The notes beneath the pieces were generated by a model. It saw only the letters and a program-made list of their open reading frames with translations. It made no database searches and was not told the origin of the DNA. Source: Geosiphon pyriformis uo1 (lineage: Eukaryota > Fungi > Glomeromycota). Taken from it: a DNA stretch of 64,000 nucleotides. The position numbers and the translations under genes were made by a program. Location of the stretch: the NCBI GenBank assembly GCA_016748015.1, contig JAAOMT010000661.1, forward strand, positions 62,001-126,000. Reading direction: 5' to 3'. Shown here piece by piece: positions 1 to 12,000 of the stretch. How positions within the stretch are numbered: the stretch's first letter is position 1; the number at the start of each line of letters is the position of its first letter.

Positions 1-125
1 TAAGAAAAATGTCAGTTGTGTTTTTGGTCATTATTTTCATTATTTCGCATGGTAGTCTAACAATACTTGTGTGCCAGCATCAGACTATACCTTTCTAATG
101 ATCAATTTTTAATATCATATTACTT

Positions 126-423
126 ACTCACTCACTCACTCACTCACTCACTCACTCACTCACTCACTCACTCACTCACTCACTCACTCACTCACTCACT
201 CACTCACTCACTCACTCACTCACCCACTCACTCACTCACTCACTCACTCACTCACTCACTCACTCACTCACTCACTCACTCACTCACTCACTCACTCACT
301 CACTCACTCACTCACTCACTCACCCACTCACTCACTCACTCACTCACTCACTCACTCACTCACTCACTCACTCACTCACTCACTCACTCACTCACTCACT
401 CACTCACTCACTCACTCACTCAT
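126..423. repeat. (ACTC)n tetranucleotide microsatellite, about 75 units
   Basis: Directly visible. Two T>C interruptions at 224 and 324. Explains the spurious LTHS-repeat ORF 67..522. Confidence 0.98.
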
Positions 424-2800
424 ATGATCAAAGGCTTAGTAAAAAACAGAAAACCCAAAAATGCTGTCTATGAATGTGCTTTAAGACTTATCAAAAAAGG
501 TCACAAGGATGATATGATTTAGATGATTTTCACAGTATCAAATAAATCGACTTTATATCTTTCTGAGCCACGAATCTATGAGAAGGTTACTCAGGATGAT
601 TCATAGCCTTTTGAAACTTGCAACTGTAACCCGTATTTTCTTTCATTGGATTTTAATATTGGCCCTGCTTAATAATGATCAATTGAAAGACATTTTACTC
701 TCTTAATCTTAAGTGTATTTCAAGATTTGCTTTTGCTAGTTTCATTCTATGACATTCCGCTAGTCCAACAATGTTAAATAACATTTCTAAACTAAAAATA
801 AACGTAGTTTTTTAGCTAGCTATTATTTGATTTTTTGGGGGCTTCATCAGACAAGCAAGCAACAATTAGAGTGACTTAGTTTGTGCTACAAAATGAATGA
901 GTAGGTTATATGAAAATGATCTAACTTAATTTGGTTGAAGTGGTGGGAATTTTTATTTGCCGAAATAATCATATCAAAAACTTTCCCTTTATAGTTAAAG
1001 GCAGGCTATCTTTAGTTGTTGTTTATCAATAAAAAGATTAGTCATTTCGTGTTCGAAAAATAACAATGGACAGCCTCTTAAACACCGGGATTTTTTTACT
1101 TGTACAATCAATAAAGTTTCCAAATTGCCTCGTCCAACACTCATTTAAGAGAAACGGTTTTTTTTACAACAATTGAAGGTTATTGAATTCACACATATGT
1201 ATAACTGAACAATAAAAAAAAATCTTGAAAATAAATGATTTGAACAGTCTATTTCAAATTCTTATTTATCATATGATAGCTTCTAAGCAGCGAAAAAACA
1301 AACCATTAATGGGAAAAAACATCTGGGGCTTGCAAAGACTTTTTTTTCGCTCATGGGGAACTATATCTCCAAAGCGATTTCAATTTCATTTTTCAAACTA
1401 CTCAAAAACACATGAAAACCTTTCTGAAATGACATAATATGACATGACGAAAAATCTAATAAATTTTCAAAACATTATCCGTCAACATAGGCTCATTGCT
1501 TGAATGTATTAAAAAATGCTGTTGGAATGAATTGATTTATTTCCAAAAAATGCTGCATTTCAGTGAAAATTACTTCAACATCCAAAAATGGTTGCTTTTA
1601 TTACAAAGACCTTTAAAAAAATTTATTTGAATTTTCATGTATAACAAATTGTGCTTTTTCGAGCTCGAAAACCATTACGTACTGAGCCATGTAAAATTTA
1701 AATTTGTATTCCCTAATATCTCGATTCATTTTCGCTTTGATGTTTATATGAAATGTTTTTTTGAACAAATTGAGGTTTTGAACAATCCACATATCTACCT
1801 GCACCTTTCAAATATGCAAGGGGCTGTTTACTCGCGAACGTTCCACAGCCCGAATTTTCAAGTTTCTTGATAGCAATTGGTGATTTAGATAGGTTTTTAT
1901 ATATTTAGTAATTGTAAGATATAACCTCTATAAAAGGACATGAAAAGAATTTTCTTATGGTCAATTTTCAATGTGGTGGGATGATAATACATCAAAAGTA
2001 CTATGAGCATTTGCAAAATTGCTTTTTTTTTTTTTTTTAAAGTTTTAGATTAAAGAGTTAAACAATCTAAATTTGATAATATAATATAATATAAATAAAT
2101 ATGCAAAAGAGATCTTAGCGAGTTTGACAAGAAAAAAACCCATCCTTAACTTATGCATTCCTGGTTGGTGTTTTGATTCACGTGCATATATCCTTAGCTT
2201 GTTACACTGATTTTCAATGCAAACTCACCACAAATATTCAACAATCATGCATCAATATCAGATGCAGTGGAACAAATTAGTGATCAAATACACGGTGATT
2301 TCTATTTTAGTATGAACAAAATATACCACAAAACGTTCATGTTTGGAGTGTAATTCAAAAAAAAAATTGATCAGGAAAGGCATTGAATATCTGCGCGCTG
2401 AACAATGACAATCAATATATTTTAAAGAAATCAACTTGGGTCATTTATAAACGAATTCCTTGATTTATGACCAACATAGTCAAAGTATCATAAAATATAT
2501 CTCAGTGAATGTCAATTGCCTCCCCAGAGCAGAATTACAAACAAGGCTTTAAAATTTCGATTAAGAATTGCATTTTCTTTTTCAATACAAATCTTCCATT
2601 TCTGAATCTAATGGCATATGTTACCTCACTTCATCATTCCTTCGCAGCTAATTTCTTTGTGCTTAAACGCAGAAACATAAGAGAGACAAGCGGTACTGGT
2701 AAATTTTGGCAGCAGTTTTTAAGTGTTTATTTCATAAATATTGAAAATTAAAGAGGACAATTGAACCTTAATCTCCAGCCAATAAATTTTTTGATCAATT

Positions 2801-2802
<2 letters not shown>

Positions 2803-2831
<29 letters not shown>

Positions 2832-2836
2832 TAACA
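2803..2836. repeat. (AAT/AAC)n microsatellite
   Basis: Directly visible; gives poly-N in spurious ORF 2761..3093. Confidence 0.85.
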
Positions 2837-3228
2837 AACAGTTTTGTTTTCATCATCAAAACTTTTTAAACGGATTCGGAAATTTTATTTCCACACACTT
2901 CATTTTTTTTCTTTTCTCTTTTTTTATTGCAAGAATGCATTTCCGTCTGACAAAAAGTTTTAGGCAAACGCAAAAAATTTTAAAAAACATAGCACAAAAT
3001 TTCTTCACATTATGTCATATATTTGTAAGGATGTTATTAAAATATATTAAAAATTTAAAAAAGAACAAAGGCCTGTATCAAAAATTGAATTGAAATCTCG
3101 AACGCATTAAATTGACAAATATAAAAAAGTGATCGCTAAAATTCAACTCTGAAAGTTGTATTAGCGCAGATATTGCAGAACATGACTTTACCATAAAAAT
3201 ACTAGTAAAAAAATCTTTTCTGAAAATT

Positions 3229-3237
3229 TATATAAAG
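3229..3237 (+). promoter_or_regulatory. Candidate TATA box of the first HMG gene
   Basis: TATATAAAG about 90 bp upstream of ATG 3324. Weak evidence in AT-rich DNA. Confidence 0.4.
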
Positions 3238-3323
3238 ACGCTGTCTAATCTAATTCGAATGTTTTTATCAAGAAAAACTAAACAATTTTTCTCCCCCTAA
3301 AAAAATTGAATAATTTTAATAAG

Positions 3324-4736
3324 ATGCCACCTCTTTTGTCAGAGCAATCGACCAGAGACCATCCTTATCAAAAGTCTTTTAATGATAGTCAATCTTTGTC
3401 GTGCAAGAATAACAATAACAATAACAATAATAACAACAACAACAGCAAAAGCAACATTCCAAATCCTTCAGTTAACATTGTTAAAGCTCACCTTGATACA
3501 ACCGGTGAGAGAGACCAAGTGATAGTTCAGTTAAACGATGGGGTACAAATCGACTTTCCAGTACCAACTTCGAAAGAAATTCGAGATCGTTTTTTTTATC
3601 GTAAGGCCAAATCATCCGATAAACCCGCAAGGCCTCCAAATAAATTTTTCATCTTTCGTACAATGTTTCAAGGCTCCATGGATACTTTTAAGTTACAAGT
3701 TCCCATCGTTTCTGAGCTAGCAAGTCAGGTTTGGAGCAAATCGAGTAAAGAAGTTAAAGAAGTTTTCTCTAAACTTGCAGAAATTGCAAAGAGGGAACAT
3801 GGGGAAATCAATCCTGGCTATGTTTATAAACCACATAGGAAATCAGCACCGGAAAAACAAAATTCTTCAACGTCTAGTGTCCCCTCAAGTGCTCCAGCTT
3901 CTCCAATTTCTCCAACGACCCCATCTCCGTGGTCAGCTCCTTTTCTTCCGATTTCTCTTCCCGATGATTGTTGTTTCTTAAGATATATTTCCTCCGATCA
4001 ATTTGAAAAAATAGAATCACCGACAATGTATTGTTGCGAACAAACCGAAACCTCTACTATTAATTCCTTCGAAGCCCATTATTATGATCAATCGCCAATC
4101 GAATATCAGCAATCATTTGAGAGTTATTTCCCACTCGATTCCGAAGATTATTTTACTAATAGTTTGACCATACCCTTAACAAGTTATGAACCCTATCAGT
4201 CAATATCTTCAGAAGTTTACGAAGCATCAGTTCCATATGATGCGTTAGAGCCTAATTTTGGTTTCGAATTCCCAGCCTCAGTTGCATTTGCCACATATGC
4301 TGACAATTCTACCGAAATACAGACACCAATTTATCCAGCGACTTCGATCAACGAATCTTTTCCAGATTTTGAAAACTATACGACATTTCAAACAGAATGT
4401 CAACAATTAGAACAAGAAGGAAAAATTGAATTAGAGTCACGAATCAAACCAAAAATTTCGAAACGTATGAATATTTCAAAGAAAAAATACCAGCATAATT
4501 CCATAAGCACTGACGTTATAGATTTGGGGGAAGGTCAATTAATTCGATCCATTTCAAATTCACCCAAGACACCCCCAATTGACTTTCACAATACATCGAA
4601 TCCAAAAATAACTAGTCATGATTCTTTCATGTCACTAACGAGAATATTACCCGATTTTCTCGAAACTGAAGAAGTAACTAAAACTGTAAATTCATGGCTT
4701 AAAACAGAAGGGTTTTGTGAAAAAATTAAAAATTAA
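3324..4736 (+). CDS. Divergent MATA_HMG-box transcription factor (HMG-A), about 470 aa, intronless
   Basis: The ORF track starts at TTG 3306; the first ATG is at 3324. HMG box at about 3621-3842: KPARPPNKFFIFR...VSELASQVW...LAEIAKREH...NPGYVYKP. N-terminal poly-N; acidic S/P/Y-rich C-terminus resembling an activation domain. Confidence 0.9.
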   Translation: MPPLLSEQSTRDHPYQKSFNDSQSLSCKNNNNNNNNNNNNSKSNIPNPSVNIVKAHLDTTGERDQVIVQLNDGVQIDFPVPTSKEIRDRFFYRKAKSSDKPARPPNKFFIFRTMFQGSMDTFKLQVPIVSELASQVWSKSSKEVKEVFSKLAEIAKREHGEINPGYVYKPHRKSAPEKQNSSTSSVPSSAPASPISPTTPSPWSAPFLPISLPDDCCFLRYISSDQFEKIESPTMYCCEQTETSTINSFEAHYYDQSPIEYQQSFESYFPLDSEDYFTNSLTIPLTSYEPYQSISSEVYEASVPYDALEPNFGFEFPASVAFATYADNSTEIQTPIYPATSINESFPDFENYTTFQTECQQLEQEGKIELESRIKPKISKRMNISKKKYQHNSISTDVIDLGEGQLIRSISNSPKTPPIDFHNTSNPKITSHDSFMSLTRILPDFLETEEVTKTVNSWLKTEGFCEKIKN

Positions 4737-6049
4737 ACAAATGCCACATTTAAAAACATTAATCAATGGCATTTTTTAGGATAGGAGGAGCTTGTTTAAG
4801 CCATTTTAATATTATCATAAGCTTTTATGAAAATAAGCCAGACTAAATATGATTACTATGATATTTTTGCAATTAGCACTATGTTTTGATATGAACTGGT
4901 GGATTATGAGAAAATTTCAGTTTTCTCGAAAAACACCAAATGTTTCAATTAATTAATTTTTCCATTTAAAGTTTCAACCAATTAAATATTAGAAGAGACA
5001 TTTTATAAAAAAAATATGATGACTTTGATTCAATTGCAAAATTTTTCTGGAAAATTACGTATCCTCAGAAAGGTACAATTGCAAGTGATTGTTATCTAAA
5101 GTTCTGTTGGTGAAGTTTTGTAAAATTGTAGCATTCTGAATTCAATAGCAAAAATTTTCGATAAAGTATATGTTACTTGAAGTTTAAAATGCTATTGCTG
5201 TTGAATTAGGAACTTTGAATTATATTCTGAAGATACTACTTTGTTGTAATATTTAATTACAAAATGAAACAATATATTCAAAAAAAATTCATGTACCTTC
5301 CTATAACATGCATATGAATCAATAACAAACGAGAGCTTATGCATTCACTTTTTGAAAAATGACCTCATAGTCAAACCAATTTGTAATCATTCAGCGATCC
5401 CGTTTTTTGTATATTGTTCTCTTTAATGAGTAGGCATAGGTTGGTAAAAAATGTTCAAAACCGATCATGAGGTCAAAATTTTGCAAAATTCTATTGCCAA
5501 TTGAGAATTTCAAAATATTAGAGTCACCATTAAAACAATCATTTCAATCCGCAGAAATTGTACCCAATGAAAAATGATTTAAGTGGTGAACAATAACGAG
5601 TCCGATCCAAATTCCCAGTTTAATAAGAAGATAATCTGAAAACATCATTAGAAAAGCCGGAACAACTTGGGCAAATGACACCTGTATTTCATATGGCAGC
5701 AAAGATTTTATCACAGTTATTTTTCATCTAGAATTTTGCTACAATTATAATCCCAATTTATGATAATAAAAGCAATAATGGAATAATCCGAACAATGTAG
5801 ATGAAAGTTCTCAAATTTTGCGGAATCTGCCAGATCTATTCATTTGCTTTTGTTAGCAAAATAGGGTTTTAATATTGCTTAACATGGTGTTGTGGTTTTT
5901 GGAATCAATTGTAGTGTTACTTAAATACATAAGAATCAATAATGGTTTTAACTAATTAAGGAAAGTTTTGCGAATCTAAATCAGCAAAAAAAATTATAGC
6001 TATTTACACATAGAAATATTCATTGTTATGCTACAAATTACGTTTTAAC

Positions 6050-9000
6050 AATTGAAAAATTTAATTGAGTTATTTAGAAAATATTTCTAAAAAATATTTG
6101 AAATTAACTAAAAAGTTGTTCATATTTATTATAAAAGAATCTTCAATAAATTGTTTTGCACGTGAAAAATATATTAATTATTATTTTTTAAATTTTTATA
6201 TATTTATTTATATATTATTTGAGTAAAAAAGGGTCAAAAATATAATTGCATATAAGTTCTATATTAGGTGATATTCTTGTCTCATTTAAAAATAAGTTAC
6301 TGCATAAAAATATTTTTTAAGATATTAAATAAATTGAAGAATTACATAAACTAATTTTTTTCATTGGATAATAATTGTAAAGTGTCTTAAATTTTGAATG
6401 ATATAAGTTTTTCAAATCAAGGCAAGTATTAAAAATACAATATTAATTGAGAAAAATTGGTATTTCTAAAATTCAATCAAAAAAGATATTTCACCATAAA
6501 TGAAAAAGAGTTTCTTTAAATCATTGAAATTTAGTTGCAATCCTAAATTTTATAATTATATATCTTAAATAAATTTTTTACTTTCCAAATGTGAAATTTG
6601 TCATTAATCATTAATAAAATTTAATAATAACCTTTTGGTTGTTTTAATAGATTTATTCAAAAGGAAATTTTCGGAAAATATATTTCATGTAGGTAATAAA
6701 AATTGAGTTATTAATAAAAAATGAGAAAAATATAATTTAAAATGAAATTAATATTTTAAACATTATTCAAATTCTGAAAAGAGAATATTATTTATTATCA
6801 TTAAAAATATATCTCGTAAAATATAATCATAAAAAAGTTGAGATATAAAACCAAGATGTTTTTATTGATGTTAATTTACATACTATAATTCTAGCTGTAA
6901 TTGTATAATGCTGATCAAATTAAATAAAAATTTAACCAGATACATATTTTTGTCAATTCTGAACCTAATTATATCTATTGAAATAATTGCAGTCTTTATT
7001 CTTGAGACTTGGATAAAATATAATTATTATTATTATTTAATAAACTTTAATTTAATTTGATATAAAATCAAACAGTTTAACAAATATTTATTTAATAAAA
7101 AAAATCTTAACCAAATTAAAAAATATATTTAAGATTAATAAGCAGTAGTTGGTATATATATATGTTAAAAAAAATATATTTGATTTTTGTTTTTTTGGTA
7201 AAAAAACTTGAACATAATTAATAAATAATATTGTTTTTATTTTTTTTTAATGCTATTTTTCATGTAATATATTTGCAAATATTAAATTTTTTTGTGTGTT
7301 TTGAAAAATTTAAAATTATATTTTATTAATTTAAAATACAGTTTTATTAATCTTATAAAACAAGTAAATAAGTTAATAAAAAACTTAAATACATTTATAT
7401 TAATAAGTTTTGTTTTAAATATAAATTATTAATAGCTCTTTTTAAGCAAAATTAATTAAATAATATAATAATAATAATAATAAATTTAGTTATATTTATT
7501 AATAATTAAACTACTAATAAAAAAATTGATCAAATTAAAAAACTATTAATTATAATAAATAAAACAATAAATAATCTTGGTTTATCTTTAAAAGTTAATA
7601 ATTTATCTTTTTAATTGCAAAACAAAATAATATTGTAAGATAAAATTTAAAAATAAATAATTTGGTATTTATTATTATTAAAACAAAGTTAAAGAATTGT
7701 ATTAAATCTTAAATTATAATAAATTTAAAAAATTAAGTTTTTACTTTTGTTTTAAAGTTGTAATTATTTTAAACAATTAAGTTTTTATTAATTTATTTGT
7801 TATTTAATAATAAGCTTTTAATTATAATTTTAGGTTTTTATATATAGACTTCTTTAATTATTAAATTAAAATAAACTAATTAAAACAGTTAATAATAATT
7901 TGTTTGTAATTTTAAGTAATAATTTCAATAAGAATAACATTAATTATATTTTATTAATAAATTTCTATTAATATTATAACTAAATAAATAAAATATTAAT
8001 TACAAAATTATTTTTTTATATAATTAATAATATAATTATTAATTTAGTTATTAACTTGGTCATTAACTTAATTATTAACTAAATTATTAATATAATTACT
8101 AATTTAATTATTAAAAATATATAAACAAAATTTTTTAAAGTTATAGAAAAAAGCATTTATATTTAAATCTATATTTAAATTAATACTATAATATCAATTT
8201 TTTATTTTTTTTTACTATTTTTTTTTTCTTGATTTGTATAATTAATATTTAATATTAAATTCTAAAAGTGTTAATATAAAATATAGAATTATATTAGTGT
8301 ATTATCTTTTATTAATAATATAAACTATCTTTTTACTTTCAAATTTTCTTGTTATCTTTGAAAAAAATAGCAATTGTAATATTTATGAGACTAATTTTAC
8401 ATATAAAATCTTTACTAATTTAATTTATTTATTAATTAAATTATTCTTTTATTAATTTTTAAAGATTTGGTATTTAAAAATTTAGTTAATTTATTTTTAT
8501 TTTTTACTTATAAATATTTTTATAATAAATAAAAATATTAGAGCTTATTATTAATTAATATAAATTCAAGATATTATAATTGTTTAGAATTATTTTTAGT
8601 TTATTTTATTACAATTAATAAAATTTAATATTGGTTTTTTATTTTTTTAATAAGTTAACAATTTATAATAAAAATAATTTTTACAATATAATTTGTTTTT
8701 TATCAAGCTAATATAATATTAAATTATTTTATTATAATAAATTATTTGTTATAATATTAAATTATGTTTTACAATAATCAAATTATTTTTGTGTTTTTTT
8801 TTAGCTTTTAAACTAACAATAATTTCTAAAATAATAAAAAATAAAATTAAAAAATAATATTCTGCAAATAAATATAATTAAAAACAATTAATTTAAGCAA
8901 ATAAAAATACAATTATGCTAATTATATTTGGTATTAAAAGAATAATTTGCAAAAATACTTGTTAAAAATAATAATAAAAAATTTAATTTATAAATTATTA

Positions 9001-12000
9001 GCATAGAAAATAATTTTATTTGAATAAAAAAATAAAAATAAAAAATTATTTAATTTATTTTAATTAGAATCTTTTTAATTATAGTTAAAATTATTCTAAG
9101 TTGTTTTTTTATAAGCTAAAATTATTTATATATATACATTTTTTTATTTTATAATATAGTTTTTAAAAGCTTGCAATTTTTTATATTATTTTATAATTGC
9201 TAATTATAATTTGTTATTATATGTTATTTTATATTATTGTTAATTATTTTGTGTTATTATTAGTTTTATTTTATTGTATATTATTTTGTATTATTATATA
9301 TTATTATATTTTTTTTATATAATAACAGATAAATTTAAAAAACTAAAAAAAATAAGAATCTAAATATTATATAAGTTTTTATTTATAAAATTATGTGTAT
9401 AATAATAATATTTAATAAAATTACAAATTTAAGAATTTTTTTAACAATAACAATTATTAAACAACATATATTGTTACATATATAATTATTAACTATAATG
9501 TATATATAAATATAAAAACTATTTCAAAATTTGAAAAAAATAAAAAATTGCAAACAAAATATTTAAAACAAAAAAAATATTGTTATTCTCATTTGTTTTT
9601 AAGCAAAAATTAGCTTAATAAATTTTATTAAAAACACAAAAAATAAAACCAGCAAAAAACCAAAACTAAATTATTATATTAAGCTAAAAAATTTTAATTG
9701 GTTATTAAAAATATGTAGTATTTAAAAACTCAATTTTAAAAAGCAAATATAAAAAAATTATTTAAAGCATTTATGTAATAAAACATAATTAAAATAATTT
9801 ATTAGAATTATTGTAAAAAAATATTTTCAAACAATATAATAACTTTTATTATTTGTTTAATACTATAATAAAAACAAAGTCAGATGATAAATTAATTAAT
9901 TTTAATTAGAAAACATATAATATAAAATATTAAAAAACGTGTTTTAAAAAACATAAATAATAAATATTAATTATAAACATATAAAAAAATTATAAAGATA
10001 GTATAACTTAAATGTTAATAATAAGTATTAAAATATTATTATTATTATTTTACAATAAAAAATTAATATATTAGCTTAAAAATATAATATAATATAAAAA
10101 TACCAGAAATTTTAAAAATATTTGAAAGAATTTTTAAAACTTTAAAAATACCAAAAAATTTTAAAATATTAAAAATGTTAAGAATATTAAAAATAAATAA
10201 ATTATATTATTAGAAATAAATACATAATTATAATAATAAAAAAGGAAAAAAAATTCAAAAACTTATTGAAAAATCTAAATTATTTTAATAAAAACTATTT
10301 TGTTATTTAAAAAACCTATAAATTATATTTATTCTTATTAATACTTATTTTATTTAAATAGCTTCTAAAATAACAGATATTAAAAACATTATAATTAAAT
10401 TCTATTATACTAAATTAAAACTTTTAATTATAATTATTAATAAAATTTTATTTCTATTTTTTTATTGTTTAAATTTTTGGTTTTATTAAATTAATTTATT
10501 AAAAAAAATAACTATTAAAATTATAATATTAAGAATAATCTAATAAAAAAATAAAAAGCTAAAACATAAAATTAAATAATAAAAAATAAATAATTTATCA
10601 AAAAGATAATAAACACCAAAATAAACCAGTTATTATAAAAAAGTAAAACACCAAATATTATTAATTATCTATTTATTAAATTTTTGTTTTTTGTACAAAA
10701 AATTTTAAATAAAAATTTTCAGATTTATTAAAGTTTTTAAATCTTATCAAAAATTAACAACACTAAATTATAAAATATAATTCAACAAGTAACTATTTAT
10801 GTACAGAAAGAACATAAGTTATACTTAATTTAAAATTTTATATGATTGTATTTTTTTAAGTAGTGGTTGAACTGTACTCATTAAATACAATAAAAAAAAA
10901 TAATTCAATATATTTATTTATAATAATAAGTATTTAAAGTATAAAAAAAGACATATAAAAAAAATTAGCTATTTACGATAAAACTATAATAAAAAATTAG
11001 TTTAATATAAAATTAATATTTTTTTAAGCTAAAAAATTTGTATTTTATATTAAATTTACATATTATATTAAATTGCCTAATTAATATATTATTTTTTTAG
11101 AAATTAATAATTTAAATAATTAAATTTAAATAAACAAATTTAAAACTTTAATTATATATTAATAATATTAATTATAATCATAATTAACTTAATTAAAACA
11201 AATTAATTAATTATATTTTTTAATAATTATTTTTGAACAATAATTACAAATTTAAAATATTAAATTATATAAATAAGAATATAAAAAAATTTTGAAACAT
11301 AATAAAGTATGTTATTATTAACCTATATATATTTAATTTAAAAGTAAAAACTTTTTGTCTCTTTAATTTTATAATTATAATTAAAACAAAAAATAAAAAG
11401 ACTGTACTTAATATTTTTTCTAAAATATTTAATAAAGTTTTAATTAAAAAAGTTTTTTTTGTTGTAAAAACTGCTAAACAAAGTACTTTAAAAGTTTTTT
11501 CTCTAAGTAATAATAATAAAAAGCTATTTTTAATAGTCATTAAAGTTTTTTACCAGTTAAGATTCTCTCAAAAAGACATATTTAAATTAGTTTTAGTATT
11601 GTTTCTATTTTTAATAAAAATGAAAACAATTATTTGCTTTTGCTATTATTATATTAAATATTTTGTAATTTTAAATAAAATTTTGAATAGAATTTTTATT
11701 GTATTATTCAGCATATTATCTAAAATAAGCCAATATTATATTGTCAAATATAATATTTTTTAGCAAATTTTTGCCAGTTTTAAAAACAAAACAACAGTTT
11801 TTTATTAGATTATTTGTTTTTAAAAACTAGATTAACTAAATAGAAACTAATTTATTATTACTTTTTTTGGTTTTTGGTATTGCTATTAGTGGTATTTGGG
11901 AAATTATAACTAGTTATTAAATATTTGCTGAATAAATAATTTCTATTTTGTTTAGTACTATTTTTAAAATTAAATTGGCTTATGTTAAAGCTTTTTTTCA

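Noticed and set aside
67-522. 151 aa ORF with LTHS repeats
   Set aside because: Translation of the (ACTC)n microsatellite; starts at TTG.
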